A stretch of 63,756 nucleotides of DNA, counting the filler, from an uncultured bacterium (GTDB taxonomy: Bacteria > CAYJOG01): assembly GCA_964371695.1 (NCBI GenBank). It is 8 parts of 8 records of this genome, joined end to end, with 100 filler letters (N's around TTAATTAATTAA, not from the genome) between each part and the next. Parts side by side here need not be neighbours in the genome. Positions count along the whole stretch, not along the records: positions 1 to 7,995 come from CAYJOG010000109.1; positions 8,096 to 16,073 come from CAYJOG010000110.1; 6 more parts are not named here. One strand, written 5' to 3'. Positions 1 through 9,520 of this stretch are shown here, piece after piece. Under the pieces are notes generated by a model. That model searched no databases. It saw only the letters and a program-made list of their open reading frames with translations, and was not told where the DNA came from. Position 1 is the stretch's first letter; the number at the start of each line of letters is the position of its first letter. Both the position numbers and the translations under genes were made by a program.

Positions 1-157
1 GGGTTTTTTCAGGGAAATATGAAGAGAAATCTGAATGGTGCGCGCCTGCGGCGCGGTTGTTCCTCCCGGCGGGACGCCGGGGCTACCGTAAAAAACCCTC
101 TGGTTTTTGTTCTAATGACAGCGAGACATGGGCGTCGCGCCTGCTCCAAAAAACGCC

Positions 158-1228
158 CTATTTCTGCCCCAGTTTCCCCAGCGCCTTTTCTTCCCACCCC
201 GCGTAGTCCTCGGTGAAATACAGCAGGCGGATTTTTTTGAACTCCGCCTCGCTGCGCAGGGGCAGCATTTCGGCCACGCCGGTTTCCTGCTGCATGGCCT
301 TGAGAATGGCTTCGCATTCTTCGCGATTCTGACCATGCACCATGGTGTAAATGGAATATTCCCAGTCCGGGGGATAAACCGGCCGCTCATAACAATGGCT
401 GACCGTAGCGTATTGCGCCATCACCGGCCCCACCTTCATGACATCCTCGGCGGGCACCTTCCACACGCCCATCACGTTTTCGCGGAACCCCGCCCGGCGG
501 TGATAAAGAATCGCCGCCACCCGCCTGAGTTGGGCTTTTTCCTTCATGCGCAGCAGGCGTTCAAACAATTCGTCCTGCGTGATTTCGAGAATCTCGGCCC
601 GCTCACGATACGGCTCGGCCACCACCGGCAGGTCCACCTGCATCACCTTCACCAGTTCCACGTCGCTTTCGCTCAGGCGCAGCCCCGCCGACTTTTCGCG
701 GTCTTTTTCGCTGAAGTGTTCGTCGGTGGATTTTTCCAGCAGGCTCTTGCCGGTGAGGTCCAGCTTCATGCCGATCTTGAACAGGCGCAGCGTGGGCAGT
801 TCGATGGTGCGCTCGGCCCCGGCCAGTTTGTGTAATGCGTCGATGGTGCCCTGCACCCCCAGGCGCGAGCCGGGGGCCACCGCCACCGTAAACCACATGT
901 TGAACGGATGGCTGCGCTGATAGTTGTGGCTCACACCGGGGTGTTCGTTCACGATTTTCGCACTCGCCAGCAAGCGCTCCGGCGGAATCTTCATGGCCAC
1001 CAGGGCGCTTTGATAACCCAGGGCGCGGGTGTCGAAAATGGGGCTGATCTGCCGAATGACCTTGTGCTGGTTCTTCATCACCGCCGTGCGCTCAATGGCT
1101 TCTTCCTCGCTGATGCCCAGGCGTTCACCCACCACCTGATAAGGCCGGGCAGTGAGCGGAAAATCATCCTGAATCGCGTTGAGCAGGTCTTTGTCAATGT
1201 CTGCAAGCTGGCTGGCGTGAAATGCCAT
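158..1228 (-). CDS. Fused siroheme decarboxylase AhbA/AhbB (NirDL/NirGH-like, two Lrp/AsnC-type halves)
   Basis: Two repeats of HTH + AsnC-like domain (LLNAIQDDFPLTARPY...HPGVSHNYQR; QVDLPVVAEPY...VSHCYERPVYPPDWEYSIYTMVHG). Start moved to ATG 1228, which follows a GGAGG SD. Confidence 0.85.
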   Translation of the reverse strand: MAFHASQLADIDKDLLNAIQDDFPLTARPYQVVGERLGISEEEAIERTAVMKNQHKVIRQISPIFDTRALGYQSALVAMKIPPERLLASAKIVNEHPGVSHNYQRSHPFNMWFTVAVAPGSRLGVQGTIDALHKLAGAERTIELPTLRLFKIGMKLDLTGKSLLEKSTDEHFSEKDREKSAGLRLSESDVELVKVMQVDLPVVAEPYRERAEILEITQDELFERLLRMKEKAQLRRVAAILYHRRAGFRENVMGVWKVPAEDVMKVGPVMAQYATVSHCYERPVYPPDWEYSIYTMVHGQNREECEAILKAMQQETGVAEMLPLRSEAEFKKIRLLYFTEDYAGWEEKALGKLGQK

Positions 1229-1403
1229 GAAAACCTCCGAGGGCGGATTGGCCTGTGCCCCGTGGCGACAGGATAACGCCAAGCCCCGATTTATACCCGT
1301 TTTGGATAAGGTTTTTTGCCCCCCATAAAAATTTGGTCATTTGACTTGATTTTCGACTTCGACTCCCGCAAAATGACTGAAACGTCATTTTTGGAGGTTT
1401 CTC

Positions 1404-1994
1404 ATGGCTGGTCTCCTGGATTCTCTTTTCTGGCTCGGAACGGGTGTGGTGAGTTGGCCCGCCCTGGAATTTGCCCTGCACGGCGGCATGTTCCACCACG
1501 GCCCCAAAACCATTCAGGCCACCAAAGATCACCTGGACCATCACCGCGACCCCACACAAAACGACACGCCGGACTGGACCTATTTCAAGGGCCTGAAAAT
1601 GATGCTGCCCATCGTGGTGGAATACGCCACTTATGTGCAGATTGGCCTCACACCGGTGCTGGGTCTGCGCCGAGCGGCGCTCACCACCGGCGGGTTGATT
1701 CTCGGCTTTCTGATTTACGAAGAGTTCCACCAGGGCATCCACCGCCGCCCGCCCCGCAACGCCTACGAAGAAAAAATGTGGAAGCACCACCTCTCCCACC
1801 ATTTTGAAAACCCCAAGAAAAACCACGGCGTCACCACCGACCTGTTTGACCACATCTTTGGCACCTACGAAAAACCCGCCGAGGTGATCGAGATTCCCAA
1901 ACACTTGGCCAACCGCTGGATGAAAGAAGCGCTGCCGGAGGGTTATGTGATCAAAAAACGGCGCATGCCCAAAAGCCGCAAGGCAGTGGCGTAA
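1404..1994 (+). CDS. Fatty acid hydroxylase / sterol desaturase family membrane protein
   Basis: His boxes HGGMFH, HLDHH, EEFHQGIH and KHHLSHH, plus NHGVTT and hydrophobic segments. GGAGG SD. Confidence 0.8.
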   Translation: MAGLLDSLFWLGTGVVSWPALEFALHGGMFHHGPKTIQATKDHLDHHRDPTQNDTPDWTYFKGLKMMLPIVVEYATYVQIGLTPVLGLRRAALTTGGLILGFLIYEEFHQGIHRRPPRNAYEEKMWKHHLSHHFENPKKNHGVTTDLFDHIFGTYEKPAEVIEIPKHLANRWMKEALPEGYVIKKRRMPKSRKAVA

Positions 1995-2013
1995 AGCGGG
2001 AAGCTCTGCCAAC

Positions 2014-3651
2014 TCACGCGCTGGCCCTGCCCTGCCCCGCCGGTGCGCCATAGGCGCGGGGCGTTCACCCGGTGGGGGTCCACAAAGCGCNNNNNNNNNN
2101 CGCCGGTGCGCCTTCGGCGCTGGCCTTGAACAGGTTCTGATGCAACAAAGCGCTGGCAGCGCCGAAACCCACCGCCACCGCACCACCAAAGCCGTGTCCC
2201 AGGGTGTCCGCGCCGGTCATGAACAGGTTTTTAATCGGCCCGGCCACCGGCGGCCCCAGCGGCGGAATCTGCCAAATGTTTTTCTCCAGACCATAAATGG
2301 ACCCCTGGGGATAATCGCCATAGTGCAGGTTGGTGAGCGGCGTGCTGGCCTCGACGTGTGAAACACGCTCTTTCAGGCCGGGCAGGTGTTCCTCCAGCGT
2401 GTCCAGAATCTGGTTCTGGAGTTTTTCCTTGAGCTGGTCATAGTCCTCGCCCCGTTTGTTCAGTTGCGTGTCGGCCCATTTGTTGAACAGTTTACTGTTG
2501 ATCAGCGTCACCACGTCCACCGTGAAACAGCCCTCCGGGGCCATTTTGCTGGAGGGGTCCTTGCACGAGGGCGAACTCACAAAAAGGCTGGGTTTCATTT
2601 CACCCGTGGGCCACTGGTGTTTGGGGTCATAGAGCCGGTCAATGTCGTGGGTGGGATAAATCCACCAGTTCTCAGGCCCCAGGCCAATGTCCGAGGGGTG
2701 ACCCTTGGCCCCAATGAACAGACAGAATGACGCCGCGCTGGCCTTAAAGCCCTGCGCCCGCAGACGCCAGTAAAGCGGCAATTCCTCTGGCTTGAGCAAC
2801 TTGCTGTAGGTGCGGATGGCCCCGGCGTTGGACACCACGTGTTTGGCCCGGATGACCTCGCCGTTTTCCAGCTCCACGCCAATGGCCGCGCCTTTTTCGG
2901 TGAGGATGCGCTTGACGCCGGTTTTCAGGCGAATTTTTCCGCCGTGGCGTTCCAGAGAGTCCACAAACGCCTGGGGAATGGCGGCGCTGACGCCACGGGG
3001 ATACCACGCGCCGTTCATGTAATGCCCCACCAGCATGGCGTGCATGGGCATGGGCGCCTTGCCCGGCGGCAGACCATAGTCGCCGCAAATGCCCGCCATC
3101 ACCGTGGCCAGACGGGGGTCTTTCACGTTCTGTTTCAAAAACTGGCCCAGATTGCGCCAGCCCCATTTCATCATGTTGGGGGCCTTTTGCGGCAGTGTGA
3201 GCACGTCGGCGGCAGAGCGGATCATCATGAGGTGGCGCACTTCATCCGTCAGCCCGTTCATCACCTTGAAATATTCGTGAATGCCTGCTTTTTCGGCGGG
3301 GAATTGTTCCAGCATCCGGCCCCGATAGGCGTCTTCACTGGCAGGAATGTCAAAGCGCAGGTCCGGGCCGATGATGCGGTCATAACCCTCTGGCCGCACC
3401 CGCACCCACTCCAGGCCCTGCAGGTCCATGTAATCCAGAAACCGGCCCAGGCTTTCGCCCTCGCCCACGTCGCCGATGTAGTGAATGCCTACGTCAAACT
3501 TGAACCCCTTGCGCTTGAAGGCGTGGGTATAGCCCCCCGCCATGTAGTGCTTCTCCAGCACCAGCACCGACTTGCCCGCCTTGGCCGCCAGCACCGCTGT
3601 GCTGAGGCCCCCCGGGCCAGAACCGATTACCACCACGTCCACGTCAGTCAT
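2014..3651 (-). CDS. FAD-dependent phytoene desaturase / all-trans-retinol 13,14-reductase-like oxidoreductase
   Basis: GSGPGG Rossmann motif, LEKHYMAGGYTHAF, FDVGIHYIG, STPLT, NLFMTGADT. The 3' end crosses a 10-N gap. CGCCGGTGCGCC occurs on both sides of the gap (2038-2049 and 2101-2112); merging the copies gives ...EGAPAGQGRASA* ending at 2014, whereas the ORF track ends at 2065. Confidence 0.8.
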
Positions 3652-4363
3652 TGCCTGTTACCTCCTTGGGGGTTTGTTCAAGCTGGGCCATCACGGCCTG
3701 TTTCAGATTGCGATCGAACAGATAACGGTTGGTGACGCGGCCCAGGCGCAACAGGGTGCTGCTCACCTTGAGCACCCCCCGGCGGCTCAGGCCCTGCACC
3801 AGGCGTTTTTGCAGGTCCATTTGCAGTTCCAGAAAATGCCGCGCCGCCTCGCCAAAACTCTCCAGTTCCTTCCAGGTGGCGCCCATGGCCAGCAGCTCCG
3901 CCACCGCCTGGGCGGCGGCCAGGTCCGCTTCGTCATAACGGGCCACCACAGCCCCGTGGGCCACGGGCAGCACAAGGCCCATTTTTTCGGCGCGCTTGAG
4001 TTCGGCGGGTTTAAGGCCCGTGCGGGCACAGAGGTCTTCTGCGCCATAGGCAGGCGCGTCGCCCCCCAGGGCCGCCAGGGCGGCTTTCAGTTCCCCCGCC
4101 TCGGCCACCGCGCCCCCCGGCCCCACGGCGGCCAGGCTCTGGCGAATCATGGCCAGGGAGTAACCCTGGTCTTCGCGCAACTGCCGCACCAGTTCCAGGC
4201 CCCGCAGTGTGTCTTCGGAATAAAGCGCGCTGTTGCGCTGGTGCTGCACCGGGCCGGGGGCCAGACCCTCGGACACATAAAACCGGATGGCGCTCTTGCT
4301 GAGGCCGGTGAGGGCGGAAAGCTCTCTCATGCGCATGAGCCGGGAGGTGACACCGTTGGCCAT
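3644..4363 (-). CDS. MerR-family transcriptional regulator (tandem MerR-type HTH)
   Basis: MRMRELSALTGLSKSAIRFYVSEGL...YSEDTLRGLELVRQLR and a second HTH-like unit. Overlaps the start of the oxidoreductase. Confidence 0.85.
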   Translation of the reverse strand: MANGVTSRLMRMRELSALTGLSKSAIRFYVSEGLAPGPVQHQRNSALYSEDTLRGLELVRQLREDQGYSLAMIRQSLAAVGPGGAVAEAGELKAALAALGGDAPAYGAEDLCARTGLKPAELKRAEKMGLVLPVAHGAVVARYDEADLAAAQAVAELLAMGATWKELESFGEAARHFLELQMDLQKRLVQGLSRRGVLKVSSTLLRLGRVTNRYLFDRNLKQAVMAQLEQTPKEVTGND

Positions 4364-4369
4364 GGGACC

Positions 4370-4423
4370 AGTGTAGCAACATTTTTAGAAAGTGCAACTT
4401 TATATTTTTCACTTGTCACTTTA
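4370..4423 (-). promoter_or_regulatory. Sigma70-type promoter and candidate operator upstream of the MerR gene
   Basis: Minus strand: TTGCAC-16 nt-TACACT-6 nt-ATG. The palindrome AAAGT-GCA-ACTTT overlaps the -35, and ATAAAGT is repeated on the minus strand. Confidence 0.5.
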
Positions 4424-5075
4424 TGGCTGCACCCCGATGCCGGAAGAGGCAGCACCCACTGGTGTCAGGTTTGTAAAAAACTGAGGAGTTACCGGGGGGT
4501 TTTACCGTAGCCCCGGCGTCTCGCCGGGAGTATCCACCGCGCCATAGGCGCGCACCTCGTTGGCTTTTTTCCCTAGTTCATTTTTATGAAGTTTGCGCAC
4601 GATGTTCCACCTTGTCGTGCCCGTTGCCAAACAACAAAACGCCCCCTACCCCCTCTCCCCTTTAATGGGGAGAGGGCTGGGGTGAGGGGTTTATTCAAAG
4701 GCAAAGAAACCACTGTTTTTTTGATTTTTTGCTTATGTTTTGCCTCGGCTGTTTCGCGCTTCGCGCTCAGGCGGGCGAGGACGCCCACCCTACTTCGCCG
4801 TGCCGCTGGGCGCGCCCGGCAGCATCAATATGCTGCCGCATTCCCAAAAGACCTCCCGCGCCCATTACCCGACGCTACGCGCCACCCTCTCCCCATAGGG
4901 GAGAGGGAACGATGTTGGAGTGCATAAACTTACACAAAATGAACTATCCCCCGAAAAAAAACTGTTTGGTGACGCCTTCGGCGGTTTTTTTCTCCCGGCG
5001 GGACGCCGGGGCTACCAATATACCGGACAGCAATGAACCCAGCCCCCACGCCCCACCTGTTAAACTCTGCGCCGG

Positions 5076-5864
5076 ATGGACAGGCTCAAGACCAAAACCG
5101 ACAGCCGGGGCGTGGTGCGCCTGAGCCTGACGGACACCCCTCGGCACAACGCCTTCGATCAGGCCCTGGTGGAGGCGTTTTCCCTTCAGCTTGAAGAAAT
5201 CTCGCGCTCGGCCAAAAACCGCCTGCTGGTGCTGGACGCAACCGGCCCCACCTTCAGCGCGGGCGCAGGGTTGGACTGGCTCAATACTCTGGCGAAATCC
5301 GATTTTTCGCAAAACGCCGCCCAGGGCCGCAGCCTGCACGAACTGTTCCTGAAACTGAACAACCTGCCCCTGCCGGTGGTGTGTGTGGTGCAGGGCAACG
5401 TGTTTGGCGTGGCCGCGGGGCTGGTGGCCTGCGCCGACGCCGTGCTGTGCCTGAGCAGCACCAGTTTCTGTTTCAGCGAGGTGCGCCTGGGTCTGGTGCC
5501 CGCCGAAGCCGCCCCCTTTGTCGTCCAGAAAATCGGCCCCAGCCAGTCCCGGCGCTTGTTCATCACCGGCGAGGTTTTCCCCGCCAGCCATGCACGGGAA
5601 ATCGGTCTGGTGCACTGGGTGCTGAACGATACCCAGGCGCTTCAGGAACAGACAGGCAAGGTAATTCAACTGTGCCTGAAGGGGGGCCTGGAGGCCCAGC
5701 GTCTGGCCAAGGCCCTGGTGGCCGAATTGTGCCCACTGCCGCTGGAATCAGGAGACTTTGCCACCGAACTGGCGGCCCATCGCCGACTGAGCCAGGAGGC
5801 CCAGGAGGGGCTACGCGCATTTTCGGAGCGCCGGGCCGCCGCCTGGGTGCCAGTGAATGACTGA
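5076..5864 (+). CDS. Enoyl-CoA hydratase family, methylglutaconyl-CoA hydratase-like
   Basis: Crotonase motifs HNAFD, FSAGAGL, FCFSEVRLGLVPA, EAQEGLRAF. Coupled to HMG-CoA lyase as in leucine catabolism (liuC-liuE). Confidence 0.85.
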   Translation: MDRLKTKTDSRGVVRLSLTDTPRHNAFDQALVEAFSLQLEEISRSAKNRLLVLDATGPTFSAGAGLDWLNTLAKSDFSQNAAQGRSLHELFLKLNNLPLPVVCVVQGNVFGVAAGLVACADAVLCLSSTSFCFSEVRLGLVPAEAAPFVVQKIGPSQSRRLFITGEVFPASHAREIGLVHWVLNDTQALQEQTGKVIQLCLKGGLEAQRLAKALVAELCPLPLESGDFATELAAHRRLSQEAQEGLRAFSERRAAAWVPVND

Positions 5865-6810
5865 AGCCCATCCTTTTCTGCTTTCACCCGGCGGACTCTC
5901 CAACACCGTGCAGATTTTTGAGGTCGGCCCCCGCGATGGTTTGCAGAACGAAACCAAACCCCTGAGCGCCCCCCTGCGCAAAGAGTGGATCACCGGCCTG
6001 ATACGGGCCGGGCTGAAAGAAATTGAGGTGGGGGCCATGGTGCGGGAAGACCGCGTGCCCCAAATGGCAGCCACCGCCGAACTTTTCCGCGCCCTGCCCC
6101 CCGCGCCGGGTGTGTCTTATTGGCTGCTGGCCCCCAACCTGAAGGGACTGGAAAAGGCGCTGGATATCGGGGCCGGGCACGTGTCGCTGCTGGCCGCCGC
6201 CAGCGACACCTTCAACCAGCGCAACATCGGCAAAACCGTGAAGGAATCACTGGACGATCTGACCCATCAACTGCACCTGGCCAAGGCCCACGGCGTGAGC
6301 ACGCGGGTGTATCTTTCCTGCGCGTGGCACTGCCCCTATGAGGGACCGGTGGCGGCGGGCAAGGTGCTGGAGATTGTGCGTCACCTGTGGCAGATGGGGG
6401 CGACGGAAATCGTCGTGAGCGACACCATCGGCAAGGCCACGCCCACCGAGGTGCGCCACCTGTGCGAAGGCTTGCTTGAGCAGCGCGAAGCCAGCCACTA
6501 CAGCCTGCACCTGCACGACACCTACGGCCTCGCCCTCGCGGGCATTCAGGCGGCGCTGGATTTGGGCTTCCGGCGTTTCGACGCCAGCGCCGGGGGCCTG
6601 GGGGGCTGCCCCTATGCCAAAGGGGCCAGCGGCAACGTGGCCACCGAAGACGTGGTTTTTTTGTGTCAGCAGCAGGGTTTTGACACGGGTGTGGAACTGC
6701 CCGCACTGGTGGAGACAAATCAACTTATGGAAAAGACCTTGGAAAAACCCTTGCCCAGCAAGGTGTTTCAGGCGATGAAAAACAGACCCACCACAGCGCC
6801 GGAGCATTGA
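5857..6810 (+). CDS. hmgL: Hydroxymethylglutaryl-CoA lyase
   Basis: EVGPRDGLQNE, HLHDTYG, GLGGCPYAKGASGNVATED. Confidence 0.93.
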   Translation: MTEAHPFLLSPGGLSNTVQIFEVGPRDGLQNETKPLSAPLRKEWITGLIRAGLKEIEVGAMVREDRVPQMAATAELFRALPPAPGVSYWLLAPNLKGLEKALDIGAGHVSLLAAASDTFNQRNIGKTVKESLDDLTHQLHLAKAHGVSTRVYLSCAWHCPYEGPVAAGKVLEIVRHLWQMGATEIVVSDTIGKATPTEVRHLCEGLLEQREASHYSLHLHDTYGLALAGIQAALDLGFRRFDASAGGLGGCPYAKGASGNVATEDVVFLCQQQGFDTGVELPALVETNQLMEKTLEKPLPSKVFQAMKNRPTTAPEH

Positions 6811-6814
6811 GCCG

Positions 6815-7930
6815 TTACGCGCTTTCGCCACCCAAAACCCGAAACCTCACCGGATGTTTTTTCAGCGCCGACTCAAGCCAGGCGGCGTCACCCAACTGGT
6901 GGGGCGTGATGACGCCCGACGCCTTCACGTCGCCCCTGGCCAGACGCTCGGCATAAACCGCCAGCAGTTCGCCCGTCAGGCCATAGGCGTCGCTGCCTTC
7001 GGCCACCGCCCAGGCCTGTTGGCCGCCTTCATTTTCGGCGCGGGCGTGAATGACGTATCCCATGGCCTGACGCAGCCAGGGGTCCGGGCCTTCGGGCAAC
7101 ACGTCCAGCCCCTTGAGCAGTTTTGGCCCGACGGCGCTGTGCATGAGGCGGGCAAAAACCGGCCAGAGCATTCTGGTCACCGGCGCGGACAGGCCATCCA
7201 TCACCACCCAGGTTCTGACTTCCGTCACCGGCAGGCTGTGGGCCAGTGTCACCACCTCGCCCAGGGGCATGAGCAGGGCGTGTTGAGAGTCTTTTTCGCC
7301 GGGCAAACGCACCTCCTGTTTTTCATCCAGGGCGTGGACGGCCACAAACCGGCCCCCTTCAAAAATCACGCCTTCTTCGGTGGCGGCGGCGAACATGCTG
7401 CGGGCGCTGCCCCGGCTGTAGACCGCCCGGTGAAACTGGTAATAAAGATGCAGCCGCGCACCTCGCGCACCCGGCAAAGCCGCGAGCGCCAGACAACCGG
7501 CCAGGTGACCAGGGGCGACATCAAAACCAAAGGCCGGGCCAACACACAGGCCCTTTTTTTGCGCCGGTGCGTGAAACTTGCGGGTGACGTGCAAAATGAA
7601 CGGCAACTCGGCGGTGGTGTCCAGATAATGGCAGCCGCCCTTCAGACAAGCCAGCACCACCGCTTCGCCGTGTTGGGCAAAAGGCCCGGCGGCGGACACC
7701 AGCACCCGCGCCACCTTGGCCATGTCCAGCAGGCTTTTGGCGTCACCCGCGTCGGCCATCAGAATGGCCGGTTTTTCGGCCAGTGACGCAGAGAGGGCGC
7801 GCAGTTTTTCGGGGTTGCGTCCCGCCAGGGCGAATGAGAGTCCCCTGCCCTGCAGGTGCTGGGCAATGAGCTTGCCGGTGTAACCCGTTGCGCCAAAAAG
7901 CACCACGTCAAAAGGCCGGCGAGTGTTCAT
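6815..7930 (-). CDS. Saccharopine dehydrogenase-like (trans-acting enoyl reductase family) oxidoreductase
   Basis: VLFGATGYTG, LAGRN, AGPF..HGEAVV.AC, HYLD, GFD. Confidence 0.8.
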   Translation of the reverse strand: MNTRRPFDVVLFGATGYTGKLIAQHLQGRGLSFALAGRNPEKLRALSASLAEKPAILMADAGDAKSLLDMAKVARVLVSAAGPFAQHGEAVVLACLKGGCHYLDTTAELPFILHVTRKFHAPAQKKGLCVGPAFGFDVAPGHLAGCLALAALPGARGARLHLYYQFHRAVYSRGSARSMFAAATEEGVIFEGGRFVAVHALDEKQEVRLPGEKDSQHALLMPLGEVVTLAHSLPVTEVRTWVVMDGLSAPVTRMLWPVFARLMHSAVGPKLLKGLDVLPEGPDPWLRQAMGYVIHARAENEGGQQAWAVAEGSDAYGLTGELLAVYAERLARGDVKASGVITPHQLGDAAWLESALKKHPVRFRVLGGESA

Positions 7931-7995
7931 GTCACACCGATATTTGGCCTTGCCATTCGTCGTGAATGGCTGCGGCCCGGCGCGGCGCAGGCAAA

Positions 7996-8095
7996 NNNNN
8001 NNNNNNNNNNNNNNNNNNNNNNNNNNNNNNNNNNNNNNNTTAATTAATTAANNNNNNNNNNNNNNNNNNNNNNNNNNNNNNNNNNNNNNNNNNNN
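7996..8095. other. Artificial contig linker; identical linkers at 16074-16173, 24144-24243, 32159-32258, 40128-40227, 48095-48194 and 55927-56026
   Basis: 100 nt of N around TTAATTAATTAA (stops in all six frames). Segment lengths fall monotonically: 7995, 7978, 7970, 7915, 7869, 7867, 7732, 7730 nt. Confidence 0.97.
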
Positions 8096-8711
8096 CCCCA
8101 TAGGCGTGCAGCGACACACTGGCCCGGATGTTTTCTTCTTTCACCACGCGGGCGAGCGTGCGGGTTTCTGGCTCGCTCAGCGGATAAGGCCCGCGGTAAT
8201 AGGGGCTGAGGCCGCTGCGGCTGCCGCTGAAAAATCCGCCCCCTTTGTTGTAAAACCCCACCGGCCAGTTGCGGTTGAGGTCCACGCCGTTTGCGTTGCG
8301 CCGCCCCAGCGCCGCCACCGCGTGCTGCACCCGGCGCAGGGTGCGTTCATAACCGTCGGGGTTGAGGATGGGCAACACCCAAAGGCCCGTTTTGCGCGGC
8401 GGGCCGTGCTGGCCCAGGTGCTCCAGCAGCGCCAGACAAAGCTCCGTGCCGATCCATTCGTTGCCGTGTATCTGGGCCTGGATCATCACTTGGGGGGCCT
8501 TGCCCTGCGGCGGCCCCAGATGCACGCCCCACAGGGGCCTGCCCCGCACACTGTGGCCCAACACAAACAGCCGCCCCGCGCCTTTTTCGGTGAGATGCAT
8601 CAGCCGCCGGGCGTTTTCGGCCAACGTGCCATAACCGGGCGGCGGGGCCGCGCCAGCAAGCCGCGCCAGACCAGCGGGGGGGCGGCGGAGCTTTTGGCTG
8701 GCTGGCGTCAC
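8096..8711 (-). CDS. M14 zinc carboxypeptidase family protein (3' truncated by contig end)
   Basis: IHGNEW (HxxE), NPDG, RRNANGVDLNRNW, YRGPYPLSEPET, SLHAYG. Confidence 0.85.
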
Positions 8712-9166
8712 GTTTTTTTGCGTTTGCCACGCACCACGTTATAGACCCCCATGGCCTCGGACAGAATCACGTCGGGGGCGTCAGACATGTACAGCTTGAT
8801 GTTCACCACACCCACCCGGTTGCCCAGGCGGCGGGTTTCTCCGGCGGCAATCAACCGCCCCTCGGTGGGGCAGGGCCGCAGATAATCCACCCGCAGGTCC
8901 ACCGTGCTCACCACGTCGCCCAGGTCCAGGCCAGTCCACAGACACGCCCCGCCGCAGGTGTCGGCCATGGCGCTGATGACGCCCCCGTGCAGCGCCGGGC
9001 GAAAAATGTCCCCCACCAGTTCGGGCCGCAGGTCCAGATAAAGCTCGGCGTAACCCGGCCTTATTTCACCCAGACGAAAACCCACCAGCTTGTTGAATGG
9101 AATGTGTTCTTCCATGAACTGGCCGATGCGGTCTTTGTAGGTTTTCAGGTGATCGTGTGTGGACAT
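8708..9166 (-). CDS. PaaI-family (hotdog) thioesterase
   Basis: IPFN, LHGGVISAMADTCGG, TVDLRVDYLRP. Confidence 0.88.
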   Translation of the reverse strand: MSTHDHLKTYKDRIGQFMEEHIPFNKLVGFRLGEIRPGYAELYLDLRPELVGDIFRPALHGGVISAMADTCGGACLWTGLDLGDVVSTVDLRVDYLRPCPTEGRLIAAGETRRLGNRVGVVNIKLYMSDAPDVILSEAMGVYNVVRGKRKKT

Positions 9167-9256
9167 GGTGGCAAGGGCAAAGCGCCCGTGGGGAACATGA
9201 TGTTGGCCCCAGACCCCCTTGGCAAGCTTGCCGCCTTTTTACCGGCTCACGGGGTT

Positions 9257-9520
9257 GACACCAATTTTCAACCAAAACAGCATTGGCCCTGAGCGATAAG
9301 CCAGTTTGAAAATGGGTGCCGCGAAGTCCGGCGGCTCGGTGAAAATTGGTATGAATTCACGGATGAATTCGACTCGAACACCGAGGCGCAGACAGCGCCG
9401 CAGGTGTTCGCGGCGCAAGCGGGCTTTGCCTGCGCCGCGCCGGGCCGTAGCCGTTCACGACGAACGGCAAGGCCAATTAAACCAATGAATATTCAAGCTG
9501 TTTCGAATGTTCATTGGCAT
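9257..9520 (+). mobile_element. MITE-like repeat family D (~265 bp)
   Basis: Colinear with 14812-15076. Ends A(C/T)ACCAATT...ATTGG(C/T)AT, with several internal hairpins. Confidence 0.75.

Noticed and set aside
2038-2112. Direct repeat CGCCGGTGCGCC around a 10-N gap (possible target-site duplication)
   Set aside because: Better explained as an unmerged scaffold overlap with a low-quality read tail; merging restores a clean gene end.
4573-5124. ORFs in repeat-rich spacers (LDSRFRGND, WIPAFAGMT, PLTPALSP peptides) and N-terminal extensions of valS, the TIM-barrel and the zinc-ribbon genes
   Set aside because: Translations of REP palindromes, not genes.
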